Shown here: piece by piece, positions 9,323 to 19,400 of the stretch | Position numbering within the stretch: position 1 is the stretch's first letter | Layout of the letters: every line of letters begins with the position of its first letter | Source: an uncultured Bacilli bacterium | Lineage (GTDB): Bacteria > Bacillota_I > Bacilli_A > RF39 > UBA660 | Direction: 5' to 3' | Assembly (NCBI GenBank): GCA_947627405.1 | Contig: CANQVY010000001.1 | Location: forward strand, 1 to 30,492 | Length of the DNA stretch: 30,492 nt | The notes under the pieces: model-generated | Databases searched by the model: none | Seen by the model: the letters and a program-made list of their open reading frames with translations, nothing else | What the model was told of the DNA's origin: nothing | Program-made: the position numbers and the translations under genes

Positions 9323-9396
9323 GACGCAATAAAAATGATTAGAACCAGGTCAGGACTGGAAAGTAGCAGCCTTAATAATTTCTTTTTATGTGCGTC
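9323..9396 (+). ncRNA. ffs: Signal recognition particle RNA, small 4.5S type
   Basis: Conserved helix-8 core CCAGGTCAGG-ACT-GGAA-AGT-AGCAGCC. Terminal stem GACGCA/TGCGTC plus ATAAAAA/TTTTTAT, followed by a T-run. Confidence 0.92.
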
Positions 9397-9415
9397 ATTT
9401 TTTATAGGTGATAAT

Positions 9416-9847
9416 ATGTGTGATAAATATTATATGAATTTGGCATTAATTCAAGCTAAAAAAGCATTAAAGAAAAATGAAGTTCCAGTAGGTGCAATTG
9501 TTGTTGATGAAAAAGGAAATATAATTGGTAAAGGTTATAATAAAAAGGAAAAACACAAAAGTGTTTGTGAACATGCAGAAATCATTGCAATAACTAAAGC
9601 ATCTAAAAAAATTAAAAGTTGGAGATTGAACAATTGTTCGATATATACTACATTGGAACCTTGCCCAATGTGTGCGAGTGCAATTGAACAATCTAGAATA
9701 AAAAAAGTATATTATGGAACTTCCAGAAAAGATGAGAATAATAAAAAAATAATAAATAATATATTAAAAAATATAGATATTCAAGAAAATATTTATGTAG
9801 AAGAATGCGCTAAATTATTATCCGACTTTTTTAAAAATAGGAGATAA
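9416..9847 (+). CDS. tadA: tRNA adenosine(34) deaminase
   Basis: EVPVGA, HAE and TLEPCPMC zinc motifs. Start moved from ORF-track 9335 (inside ffs) to ATG 9416 after SD AGGTGA. Confidence 0.93.
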   Translation: MCDKYYMNLALIQAKKALKKNEVPVGAIVVDEKGNIIGKGYNKKEKHKSVCEHAEIIAITKASKKIKSWRLNNCSIYTTLEPCPMCASAIEQSRIKKVYYGTSRKDENNKKIINNILKNIDIQENIYVEECAKLLSDFFKNRR

Positions 9848-9849
9848 AT

Positions 9850-9865
9850 TATTTCCCGGGAAATA
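9850..9865. promoter_or_regulatory. Noc-binding site (NBS)
   Basis: TATTTCCCGGGAAATA within a 28-bp perfect palindrome at 9844-9871. Confidence 0.85.
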
Positions 9866-9887
9866 ATTTATTATGTTTATTAAACAA

Positions 9888-9916
9888 TTTACAGTTTTAA
9901 CTACAAATGTTATAAT
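9888..9916 (+). promoter_or_regulatory. sigma-A promoter of the dnaX operon
   Basis: TTTACA (9888-9893), 17 bp spacer, TATAAT (9911-9916), with TG extension. Confidence 0.75.
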
Positions 9917-9945
9917 AATATTGTATTAATTATGGGGGAATGATT

Positions 9946-11595
9946 ATGTATCAATCATTATATAGAAAATATCGTCCCACTACTATTAATGATGTTGTGG
10001 GACAATCAATTGCATTAAAAATAATTAAAAATTCATTAAAAAATAATAAAATAGGACATGCTTATTTGTTTTCAGGGCCTCGTGGTACTGGTAAAACAAC
10101 AATGGCTAAAATTTTGGCTAAAAGTGTGAATTGTTTGAATTTAATTGATGGGATTTCTTGTGAGAAGTGTAAAAATTGTGTTGAAATTAATTCAAATGAA
10201 ACTGTTGATATTATTGAGATTGATGCTGCTTCTAATAATGGTGTTGATGAAATAAGGGAAATTCGAAATAGCGTTTCCTTATCTTGTTCTTCATTAAAAT
10301 ATAAGATATATATTGTTGATGAAGTTCATATGCTCACTATAGGCGCTTTTAATGCTTTATTAAAGACTTTGGAAGAGCCTCCGGAACATATTATTTTTAT
10401 ATTGGCAACAACTGATGTTCAAAAGGTTCCATCAACAATCATTTCTAGATGTCAATGCATTAATTTTGAAAGCATATCTGCAATCAATATCAAAAGAAGA
10501 TTACAAGAAATTTCAGAAAAAGAAGGAATAAAAATTGAAGATAATATTTTAATGAAAATTGCCGAAATTTCTAATGGTGGTCTTAGGGATGCCATTGGAA
10601 ATTTAGAAAAATTAATTGCTGCTTCTGATGAGAAAATGATTACACTTGATATATTTAATAGTACCTTTGGATTTGCTGATGATATATTGTTAAATGAATT
10701 TTTCAATACAATTATAGAAAACAATATAAATGGAATGTTGTCCCTTTCAGATACATTATATAACAGTGGAAAAAATTATATTATCTTTGTTAATGAAATG
10801 ATAACTTTTGTTAGAAACAAGATTAGAATATTTTATGAAAAGAACAATGGCATTTGTCCTTATTGCGATTTGGTTTTTCAATTGGATAAGTTATGTAATC
10901 AATTAAAAAATACAGATAATATCAAAGCTTTATTTGAAGCCGGTATAATTAATATAATATGTCATTTCAATGATTCTATAGATAATAATCAAGTGATTAT
11001 ACAAGAAAAAAAAGAAAATAATTCTAATCATTTAATTGATAAGAAAATATTTCATGAACAAGAAGTTAAAAAAAATAGTGAAAAGGAAAAAAATTTTTCA
11101 TCAAAAAAGGAAAATAGCGTTTTAATTGAAAATAATGAGATCATTATGAATAATACTTTTGCTTTAGCAAATAAACATGATTTACAAAAAATTAAGGAAA
11201 AATGGAATAAATTAAATGAATATTTATTAGATCAAAAAAATGGGTCAATTGCATGTTATTTATTTGATGGTAATATTCGAGCGTGTGGCAAAAACAATAT
11301 AATATTAAGTTATGAATATGATTCTATGGTAAATAGAGGTTTTGATATTTATGATTCTTTAATTGAATTTTTAAATGAGGTTTTTAACGAAAGGTATTAT
11401 TTATCTTTAATAACGGATGAGCAATGGAAAACTGCCAAAGATCAATATATACAAAATGTAAAAAATCATGTTGAATATAAAATTAAAGAATTGAAAACTT
11501 CAGAAACAAAAATAGATACGAAGCAAACACAAAATTTTGAAACCATGGATGAGGCTAGTTTATTATTTGGAGAAGATATTGTAGAGATAAAGTAA
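9946..11595 (+). CDS. dnaX: DNA polymerase III subunit gamma/tau
   Basis: LYRKYRP, HAYLFSGPRGTGKT, zinc motif C..CEKCKNC, EIDAASNNG, DEVHML and SRC. ATG 9946 is spaced best from SD GGGGG. Confidence 0.98.
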   Translation: MYQSLYRKYRPTTINDVVGQSIALKIIKNSLKNNKIGHAYLFSGPRGTGKTTMAKILAKSVNCLNLIDGISCEKCKNCVEINSNETVDIIEIDAASNNGVDEIREIRNSVSLSCSSLKYKIYIVDEVHMLTIGAFNALLKTLEEPPEHIIFILATTDVQKVPSTIISRCQCINFESISAINIKRRLQEISEKEGIKIEDNILMKIAEISNGGLRDAIGNLEKLIAASDEKMITLDIFNSTFGFADDILLNEFFNTIIENNINGMLSLSDTLYNSGKNYIIFVNEMITFVRNKIRIFYEKNNGICPYCDLVFQLDKLCNQLKNTDNIKALFEAGIINIICHFNDSIDNNQVIIQEKKENNSNHLIDKKIFHEQEVKKNSEKEKNFSSKKENSVLIENNEIIMNNTFALANKHDLQKIKEKWNKLNEYLLDQKNGSIACYLFDGNIRACGKNNIILSYEYDSMVNRGFDIYDSLIEFLNEVFNERYYLSLITDEQWKTAKDQYIQNVKNHVEYKIKELKTSETKIDTKQTQNFETMDEASLLFGEDIVEIK

Positions 11596-11607
11596 GGAGG
11601 AAAAAAT

Positions 11608-11904
11608 ATGAATATGCAAGCTATAATGAGGCAAGCACAAAATTTACAAAAGGAAATGTTAAAAACAAAACAAGAAATTGATAATACTAATTTTGAAGGA
11701 GAAAATTCATTAGTAAAAGTGGTTGTAAATGGAAAAAAGGAGTTAATAAAAATAACTATCGATAGTGATACAATTGAAGCTGATGATATTGAAATGTTAC
11801 AAGATATGATTTTAGTAGCTGTAAATCAAGCATTTAAAAAAGTTGATGAATATACTGAACAAAAAATGGCAAAATATGGAAATATGATGCCAGGATTGTT
11901 TTAG
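11608..11904 (+). CDS. ebfC: YbaB/EbfC family nucleoid-associated protein (YaaK)
   Basis: MNMQAIMRQAQ, VKVVVNGK and EMLQDMILVAVNQA. Lies between dnaX and recR. Confidence 0.95.
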   Translation: MNMQAIMRQAQNLQKEMLKTKQEIDNTNFEGENSLVKVVVNGKKELIKITIDSDTIEADDIEMLQDMILVAVNQAFKKVDEYTEQKMAKYGNMMPGLF

Positions 11905-12501
11905 ATGTATCCACAAAGTTTAAAAAACTTAATAGAAGCTTTTAAATTGCTGCCTGGTATAGGCGAAAAAACAGCCGAAAGATTAGCTTTTTCAATATTA
12001 GATTTAGAAGAGGAAAATGTAGAATTTTTTTCAGAAGAATTAAAAAAAGCTAAGCATAATATTAAAAATTGTTCAATATGTAATTCATTAACAGAAAACA
12101 AAATATGTGATATATGTTCAGATCAAACTAGAAATGACAATATACTATGTGTGGTTGAAGATCCCAAAAATGTTATTATTTTTGAAAAAACTGGTTTGTT
12201 TCATGGAAAATATCATGTTTTAAATGGTTTAATATCACCACTTGATGGTATAAACCCAGAAGATATTGGGTTAAATAAATTAATTGAAAGAATAAAAACA
12301 GAAAATTTTAAGGAAATAATTATAGCTGTAAAACCTAGTATAGAAGGGGAAACTACAGCATTATATATTAAAAGTGTTTTAGAAGGATTAGATATTATTG
12401 TTTCTAGAATTGCAAGTGGGGTGCCTATAGGAGCGGATATGGAATATATTGATGTTATGACTTTAGAGAGAGCTTTACAGGATCGCATTAAAATGGAATA
12501 A
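11905..12501 (+). CDS. recR: Recombination mediator RecR
   Basis: LPGIGEKTAERLAF, C4 zinc finger, VVEDPK, YHVL and EGETTA Toprim. Confidence 0.98.
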   Translation: MYPQSLKNLIEAFKLLPGIGEKTAERLAFSILDLEEENVEFFSEELKKAKHNIKNCSICNSLTENKICDICSDQTRNDNILCVVEDPKNVIIFEKTGLFHGKYHVLNGLISPLDGINPEDIGLNKLIERIKTENFKEIIIAVKPSIEGETTALYIKSVLEGLDIIVSRIASGVPIGADMEYIDVMTLERALQDRIKME

Positions 12502-12524
12502 AATTATAAAAACGATCATAATTT
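12496..12524 (+). promoter_or_regulatory. Putative sigma-E (mother-cell) promoter of bofA
   Basis: GAATAAA (12496-12502), N14, CATAATTT (12517-12524) fits the sigma-E pattern kmATAww-N14-CATAcawT. bofA is sigma-E controlled in B. subtilis. Confidence 0.6.
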
Positions 12525-12538
12525 AAATTGGTGATCGT

Positions 12539-12727
12539 GTGAAAAAAACAATAGTAAATATATTAAAAAAATTTATTTTTGGTTTTATTATATTATATGG
12601 TTATAATTTGATTGCTTCATCATTTAATATGACAATTCCCATTAATATAATTACAATAATATTAGTAAGTGTATTGGGAGCTCCAGCTTTATTTGCGCTT
12701 ATTATGTTACTATTAGTTGTTTATTGA
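12539..12727 (+). CDS. bofA: Pro-sigmaK processing inhibitor BofA family
   Basis: 62 aa, two hydrophobic segments, IPINIIT...LGAPA motif. Syntenic after recR. GTG start with SD GGTGA. Confidence 0.8.
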   Translation: MKKTIVNILKKFIFGFIILYGYNLIASSFNMTIPINIITIILVSVLGAPALFALIMLLLVVY

Positions 12728-12734
12728 GGTGTTT

Positions 12735-13553
12735 ATGATTCATAATAAATATTATAACAATTATTCACAATTTTTTGATTATTTTCATAAAATAATAAAG
12801 GAGGACAAGCTTTCTCACGCTTTTTTAATTGAATGTAGGAATGTAAATAATTATAAAGAAATTATTTTAATGATTATAAAGGAAATTTTAGAAAGTAATA
12901 AATATAATGAGGATTTGGCAATAGAAAATCTTGTTGAAAATAATAATTACCCTGAATTGAAAATCATAGAACCCATTAATCATGTTATTCGAAAAGAACA
13001 ACTTTTAAATTTACAAAAAGAATTTAGTGTCCAATCTATTTATGGGAGATATTTAATTTATATTATTGATGGGGCAGAATATTTAAATAAATCTTCAGCA
13101 AATACAATTTTAAAATTTTTAGAGGAACCGCCATCAAACATTATAGCATTCTTATTAACAAATAATAATTATAATGTGATTGAAACAATTGCATCTAGAT
13201 GTCAAAAAATTACTTTGGGAGAGATAAAACATGAGAATGCATTTTCACCTGATGTTCAAGCCCTTGCAGAAATCTTAGAAAACAAAAAAGATAAGGCTTT
13301 AGGATATATCGATAATAGTTGGTACTCCTTTGATCGGGAAAGTTTAATTATAAGGCTGAAAGAATTACAAAATTATTACTTATTTCAATTAACAAAGATA
13401 AAACAGTTAAGAGAAAGTAGTAATATCAAAGCCTTATCAAATATTTCTAAAAAAATAATAATTATAGATGATTGTTTAAATAAATTACGTTATAATGTTA
13501 ATATAAAGCTTTTAATTGATAAATTCATTTTATCTATGGTTGGGGTGATTTGA
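12735..13553 (+). CDS. holB: DNA polymerase III subunit delta'
   Basis: LSHAFL, SANTILKFLEEPP and TIASRCQ. Start set at ATG 12735 after SD GAGGTG. Confidence 0.9.
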   Translation: MIHNKYYNNYSQFFDYFHKIIKEDKLSHAFLIECRNVNNYKEIILMIIKEILESNKYNEDLAIENLVENNNYPELKIIEPINHVIRKEQLLNLQKEFSVQSIYGRYLIYIIDGAEYLNKSSANTILKFLEEPPSNIIAFLLTNNNYNVIETIASRCQKITLGEIKHENAFSPDVQALAEILENKKDKALGYIDNSWYSFDRESLIIRLKELQNYYLFQLTKIKQLRESSNIKALSNISKKIIIIDDCLNKLRYNVNIKLLIDKFILSMVGVI

Positions 13554-14338
13554 TGTACAATGTAGTAGGAATATCTTTAGAAGGAAGCAGTAAAATTTAT
13601 TTTTTCGAAACAAACAATATTGCTTTGAAAAAGGGACAATTTGTAATTACGGAATTAGATAGTGGATTAGGTTATGGAAAAGTTGTTATTGGTCCAAAAA
13701 ATGAAAAAAAAGAAAATTTGATTTTTCCATTAAAAAAAGTAATTCGTATTGCAACACAACAGGATATAAAACAGTATGATATGGCAAAAAAGGAAAGTAT
13801 AAAGGTTATTAAAAAAGCCAAAGCCATTGCTGATAAATTAAAGTTAGATATGAATTTTGTTGATGCACAGTTTACCTTTGATAAGAGCCAGTTGTATATA
13901 AAATATACAGCTGATGATCGAATTGATTTTAGAGAATTAGCGAAGAAGTTAGCGCAAGTTTATAAAACACGAATTGAATTGAGGCAGATTGGTGTTAGAG
14001 ATAAAGCAAAGCAAATGGGTGGATTAGGACCTTGCGGGCGAATATTGTGCTGTAATTCTTTTTTAAATGATTTTGAGAGTGTATCTATAAATATGGCCAA
14101 AAATCAGTACTTGTCTTTAAATCCTACAAAAATTAATGGAGTATGTGGAAGATTATTGTGTTGTTTAAACTATGAAGATGAAATTTATACAGAATTGAAA
14201 AAAGGTATGCCTGCGATAGGGGATAAATATAAAACAGAAAGAGGCTTGGCTGAAGTGGTGGAAGTGAATCTATTCAAAAAATATTTTTTTGTTGAAACAA
14301 GTGATAAAATAATAGAAAGAATAGATATGGAAAAATGA
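13553..14338 (+). CDS. ricT: RicT/YaaT (PSP1 domain) protein
   Basis: ADDRIDFRELAK, RIELRQIGVRD, GPCGRILCC, GVCGRLLCCL-YE. ATG overlaps holB TGA. Confidence 0.95.
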   Translation: MYNVVGISLEGSSKIYFFETNNIALKKGQFVITELDSGLGYGKVVIGPKNEKKENLIFPLKKVIRIATQQDIKQYDMAKKESIKVIKKAKAIADKLKLDMNFVDAQFTFDKSQLYIKYTADDRIDFRELAKKLAQVYKTRIELRQIGVRDKAKQMGGLGPCGRILCCNSFLNDFESVSINMAKNQYLSLNPTKINGVCGRLLCCLNYEDEIYTELKKGMPAIGDKYKTERGLAEVVEVNLFKKYFFVETSDKIIERIDMEK

Positions 14339-15081
14339 TGAAATTAGAACAATTTTTAAATTTTTCTCATATTAAAATTTATCAAGAGGATCACAGTTTT
14401 AAATGTACTTTAGATTCTATATTATTGGCAAATTTTGTATTAAATCATTATAAAAGGGGAACTATTATAGACTTAGCCACAGGAAACATTCCGATTCCTT
14501 TATATTTAAGTGGTTATTTAAAGCAAAAAATTATTGCAGTAGAATTACAAGATGATATTTGTAAACTGGGTAAAGCAACAATTAAATATAATCATTTAGA
14601 AAAACAAATTGAATTATTTTCCGATGATATAAAAAATTTAAAAAGTAGATTTTCCCAAAATAGTTTTGATGTAGTTATTTGCAATCCTCCTTATTTTTCT
14701 GTTCAAAATTATTATAAAATTTCTCCTACAAAGACTAAATCTATAGCGCGGCATGAATTATACTTTAATATGCAGGATTTAATTAAAATATCAAAATATT
14801 TATTAAAAGATAAGGGAAGTTTATTTTTAATTTACAGAAGCGAACGTTTAGTAGAGTTATTAACTTTGCTTAGTAATAGTCATTTAGAACCAAAGAATAT
14901 TCAAATGGTATATACAAATTCAAAAAAGAAGGCTCGATTGTTTTTATTGGAAGCTCGATTAAATGGTAGAAAAGGTTGTACTGTAGAACCTCCGTTATTC
15001 ATTTACAATGATAACAATCAATACACAAGAAAAGTGAAAAATATGTTTGGAGGTGATTGCTATGATTCAAAAAAGCTATAA
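14335..15081 (+). CDS. trmN6: tRNA1(Val) A37 N6-methyltransferase (YabB/TrmN6 family)
   Basis: DSILLANF, IIDLATG, VICNPPYF, ARHE and EPK. Syntenic after ricT. Confidence 0.85.
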   Translation: MMKLEQFLNFSHIKIYQEDHSFKCTLDSILLANFVLNHYKRGTIIDLATGNIPIPLYLSGYLKQKIIAVELQDDICKLGKATIKYNHLEKQIELFSDDIKNLKSRFSQNSFDVVICNPPYFSVQNYYKISPTKTKSIARHELYFNMQDLIKISKYLLKDKGSLFLIYRSERLVELLTLLSNSHLEPKNIQMVYTNSKKKARLFLLEARLNGRKGCTVEPPLFIYNDNNQYTRKVKNMFGGDCYDSKKL

Positions 15082-15901
15082 TGATAGTCCTAGTTTATAT
15101 TTAATTCCAACACCAATAGGAAATATGGAAGACATTACAATAAGAGCTATTAATACCTTGAAAAGTGTTGATTATATTTTATCTGAGGATACTCGAATTA
15201 CCAACCAATTACTTAAAGCTTTAGGAATTTCCAAAAAGACGATTAGTTGTCATGAACATAATGAAGATGAAATAAAAGAAAAGGTTTTAAAAGATATAAA
15301 AGATGGCAAAAATATTGGGTTAGTTACGGATAGGGGTACACCTATTATTAGTGATCCTGGATATAAAGTTGTTAAATATTTAATAGAAAATCATATAAAT
15401 GTAATTTCTCTTCCAGGACCTACAGCCTTTGTACCTGCTATTACAGGATCTGGAATACGTCCTTTGCCCTTTTTATTTTATGGCTTTCTAAATGCGAAAG
15501 CCTCAAGAAGAAAGGAAGAGTTAGAACAATTAAAGCATTGCCAATATACTCTAATATTTTATGAGGCGGTTCATAGGATAGAAAAAACTTTAAAAGACAT
15601 TTTACAAGTTTTTGGAAATCGCAACATCAGTATAAATAGAGAAATTTCCAAGTTGTATGAAGAAATCTATCGTGGTAAAATATCAGAAGTAATTCAGGAA
15701 TTGGATGTAATAAAAGGGGAATTTGTAATAGTGGTTGAGGGAAATTTCGAAAAAAAAAGTTTTACGTCAATGAATATTCTTGATCATGTAAAATTGTATT
15801 TGCAGGAAGGTATGAATGAAATGGATGCTATAAAGAAAGTAGCAAAAGAAAGAAATATCCCAAAATCTATTATTTATAAAGAATATCATACTAGGAAGTG
15901 A
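15062..15901 (+). CDS. rsmI: 16S rRNA C1402 2'-O-methyltransferase
   Basis: LYLIPTPIGNMEDIT, EDTR, ISDPG, FLFYGFL, RE-SKLYEE and KGEFV. ATG 15062 after SD GGAGGTGA. Confidence 0.96.
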   Translation: MIQKSYNDSPSLYLIPTPIGNMEDITIRAINTLKSVDYILSEDTRITNQLLKALGISKKTISCHEHNEDEIKEKVLKDIKDGKNIGLVTDRGTPIISDPGYKVVKYLIENHINVISLPGPTAFVPAITGSGIRPLPFLFYGFLNAKASRRKEELEQLKHCQYTLIFYEAVHRIEKTLKDILQVFGNRNISINREISKLYEEIYRGKISEVIQELDVIKGEFVIVVEGNFEKKSFTSMNILDHVKLYLQEGMNEMDAIKKVAKERNIPKSIIYKEYHTRK

Positions 15902-15905
15902 TTAT

Positions 15906-16475
15906 ATGAAATTAATTGTAGGTCTTGGAAATCCTGGAAAACAATATGATGGTACAAGACATAATATCGGATTTCGATTTATAGATCATTATTGTGATGG
16001 ACATGGACTTCTGATTAATAAAAAACGAGATAATGGCTTATATACAAAAGCAAAAATCAACGATCAGGATATTATTTTTTTAAAACCACAATCTTATATG
16101 AATTTATCTGGACAAGTTGTTGCGGACTATATGCATTTTTTTAAAATTCCGATAGAGGATCTTTTGATTATTCATGATGATCTAGATTTGTATTTAGGAA
16201 ATTATAAATTAAAACAGAAAGGATCTTCTGGAGGACATAATGGTCTTAAAGATATTGAAAACCATTTAAAAAGTGATAAGTATAAGAGATTAAAAATAGG
16301 TATATCTAATAATAAAACTATTGATACTAAGGATTATGTTTTAGGAAAATTTACAAGATCAGAATGCGAGCAATTGGATATTTTAGCAGCTACAGTTGAT
16401 CATATCATAGACGATTTTTTAGTAATGAGATTTGATGATTTAATGTCAAAATATAATAGTAAAAATGAACAATAG
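15906..16475 (+). CDS. pth: Peptidyl-tRNA hydrolase
   Basis: LIVGLGNPG, TRHNIGF, KPQSYMNLSG, HDDLD and GGHNGLK. Confidence 0.98.
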   Translation: MKLIVGLGNPGKQYDGTRHNIGFRFIDHYCDGHGLLINKKRDNGLYTKAKINDQDIIFLKPQSYMNLSGQVVADYMHFFKIPIEDLLIIHDDLDLYLGNYKLKQKGSSGGHNGLKDIENHLKSDKYKRLKIGISNNKTIDTKDYVLGKFTRSECEQLDILAATVDHIIDDFLVMRFDDLMSKYNSKNEQ

Positions 16476-16486
16476 GTGATTATCAT

Positions 16487-19400
16487 ATGAGCATATTTCA
16501 AAAACTTATTGAAATAACACATAAAGAAAACATCAGTATAACTGGTCTAACTGATGAGTTTTTTTGTGCTTATTTATATACTTATTTAAAAAAATACAAT
16601 CAGGATATTTTAGTTGTTGTCCCTTCTTTGTATGAGGCAAATAAATTATATAATTCTTTAGGAAATTATAGTAGTGAATGTTTACTATTTCCAATGGATG
16701 ATTTTTTAACCAGTGAAGCAATTTCTATAAGCCCAGATTTAAAAATTAGCCGTTTAGAATGTTTGAATGAACTTATTATCGCCAAACGAGAACCAAAAAT
16801 TGTAATTACACATTTGGATGGATATTTAAGATTTTTACCTTGCAAAGAAAAATATATCCAATCTATAATTGCATTGGAAAAAGATCAAATCATTGATCCC
16901 AAAAAATTGGTGTCACAGTTAATCCAAATCGGATATAAGCGTGAAACTCTTGTCACCACAACTGGGGAAATAGGAGTAAGAGGATTTGTGATTGATATTT
17001 TTCCTTTAGGTGAAAATCACCCCGTTCGTATTGAATTTTTTGGGGATGAAATTGAATCGATAAGATATTTTGATGAAAATACGCAAAAATCAATAGCGGA
17101 AGTTAAAAAGATGGTTATTCGACCAAATACAGAAGATATTTTTGATGATAATAGTTTTCAAGCACATAAATTTTTATCTATAACAAACAAACAGCTTGTA
17201 AATATAGAAGATTATCTACACAATTATACTGTATTCTACAAAGATAAAAATCAATTAGAAGCAGCATATGAAAAGATGGAAATGGAAGCGTTTGATTACA
17301 AGATTGAAAAGGATAAATTATTTTCTGGAATCTATTTTTTATCTTTTAAGAATCTATATAAAGACGATGCTATAAAGTATTATTCTATAGATAACTATTT
17401 TAATGATAAAAATGTTATTTCATTTGATTGTAAAGAGGTCCCTGACTTTCATAGTGATATTCATTTGATTGATGCATATATAAACAAACAGATAAAAAAT
17501 CAATACACCATTTGTATCTGTGTTAAAAAAAGCAAATTTAATAATATAAAGAAATATTTATCCTCTTCGTTATATGAAACGACTTTGGAAAATATTAAAG
17601 AGCATAGTATTAATTTAGTCGATTTTGATTTAAATAGTGGATTTATATATAAAAAATATATTTTTATCAGTGCTAAAGAGTTGTTTAAAGAAGTTAGTAG
17701 AATAAAATATAAAACAAAATTAAAATATACATCAAAAATTAATGATATTAATAAATTAAATATTGGAGATTATATTGTTCATAGTATACATGGAATAGGA
17801 ATTTATAATGGAATAACCTCATTAAAAAAGGGAGAATTAATTAAAGATTATTTGGAAATTCTTTATAAAGATAAAGATAAATTATATATACCTGTTGAAA
17901 AAATAGATTTCATTAGTAAGTTTTGTGGAAAAGAAGGTGTTGTTCCAAAAATTAACAAATTGGGCGGGAATGAATGGCATAAAACAAAAATGCGTATTCG
18001 TGATAAAGTAAGAAATATAGCCAGCACATTGCTAAATATTTATGCCAATAGAAAACTGAAAGAGGGTTATGCTTTTTCTAAGGATACGGATCTTCAGATT
18101 GAATTTGAACAGGAATTTCCATATGAATATACGCCTGATCAAGAACTTGTTACAAAGCAAATTAAACAAGATATGGAAAGTAAAATTCCAATGGATCGTT
18201 TGCTTTGCGGAGATGTTGGGTATGGAAAAACTGAAGTAGCATTTAGGGCCATGTTTAAGGCTGTTTGTGATTCAAAGCAAGTTTTATATTTATGTCCAAC
18301 AACCATATTGTCTAATCAAGTTTATGAAAATGCAAAGGAAAGATTTCAAAATTTTCCTGTGAGTATTGGTTTGTTAAATCGCTTTACTTCTGGGAAGCAG
18401 ACAAAAAATATAATTGATTCTTTGAAAAATGGTACCATTGATATTGTTATTGGGACACATAGGATTTTAAGTGAAGATGTTCAACCTAAAGATTTAGGAT
18501 TATTGGTTATTGATGAGGAACAAAGATTTGGAGTTCTTCATAAGGAAAAAATTAAGCAGTATAAATCCAACGTTGATGTTCTTACTTTAACGGCTACACC
18601 TATTCCTAGAACACTTCAAATGTCAATGGTTGGTCTTAGAAGTTTATCTATGATTGAAACTCCTCCTATTGACCGATATCCTGTACAAACATATGTAATT
18701 GAAGATAATGATCAAATTGTCAAAGACGCTATATATAAAGAATTATCACGAGGTGGACAAGTTTTTTTACTTTATAATCGTGTTGAATCCATTGAAACGG
18801 AGGCAAAAAAAATTGCTCATTTAGTTAAAGATGCTCGAGTTGTTTTTGCACATGGACAAATGAATAAATTAGAATTGGAAACAAAAATGCAATCTTTTAT
18901 TGATGGAAATTATGATGTTTTAGTATGTACAACCATTATAGAAACAGGTATTGATATTCCAAATGTCAATACATTAATTATTAAAGATGCCGATAAATTT
19001 GGATTGGCACAACTATACCAAATTCGAGGGAGAGTTGGTAGAAGTAATAAAATAGCTTATGCATATTTGATGTATGAGGGAAATCGTATTTTAACAGAAA
19101 CGGCTTTAAAAAGATTAAACGCAATCAAAGATTTTACAGAACTAGGAAGCGGATTTTCCATTGCAACAAGAGATTTATCTATTCGAGGAGCAGGAGATAT
19201 TTTAGGCTCTCAACAGGCAGGTTTTATTGATAGTATTGGTATAGATCTGTATATAAAAATTTTGAATGAAGAAGTTGAAAAGCTAAAAGGAAATTTTGTA
19301 GAAGAAGAAAGAGATGAACCGCCATTTGTTGATGTATCTACACATATTGATGATGATTATGTAGATGATGCAGATTTAAAAATAGAAATACATAAATTAA

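Noticed and set aside
9335-9415. ORF-track N-terminal extension of tadA
   Set aside because: It runs through the SRP RNA. The SD-supported ATG at 9416 matches the TadA family start.
11006-11013. A8 run in dnaX as a Thermus-type transcriptional slippage site
   Set aside because: Shorter than A9, and similar runs are frequent throughout this window.
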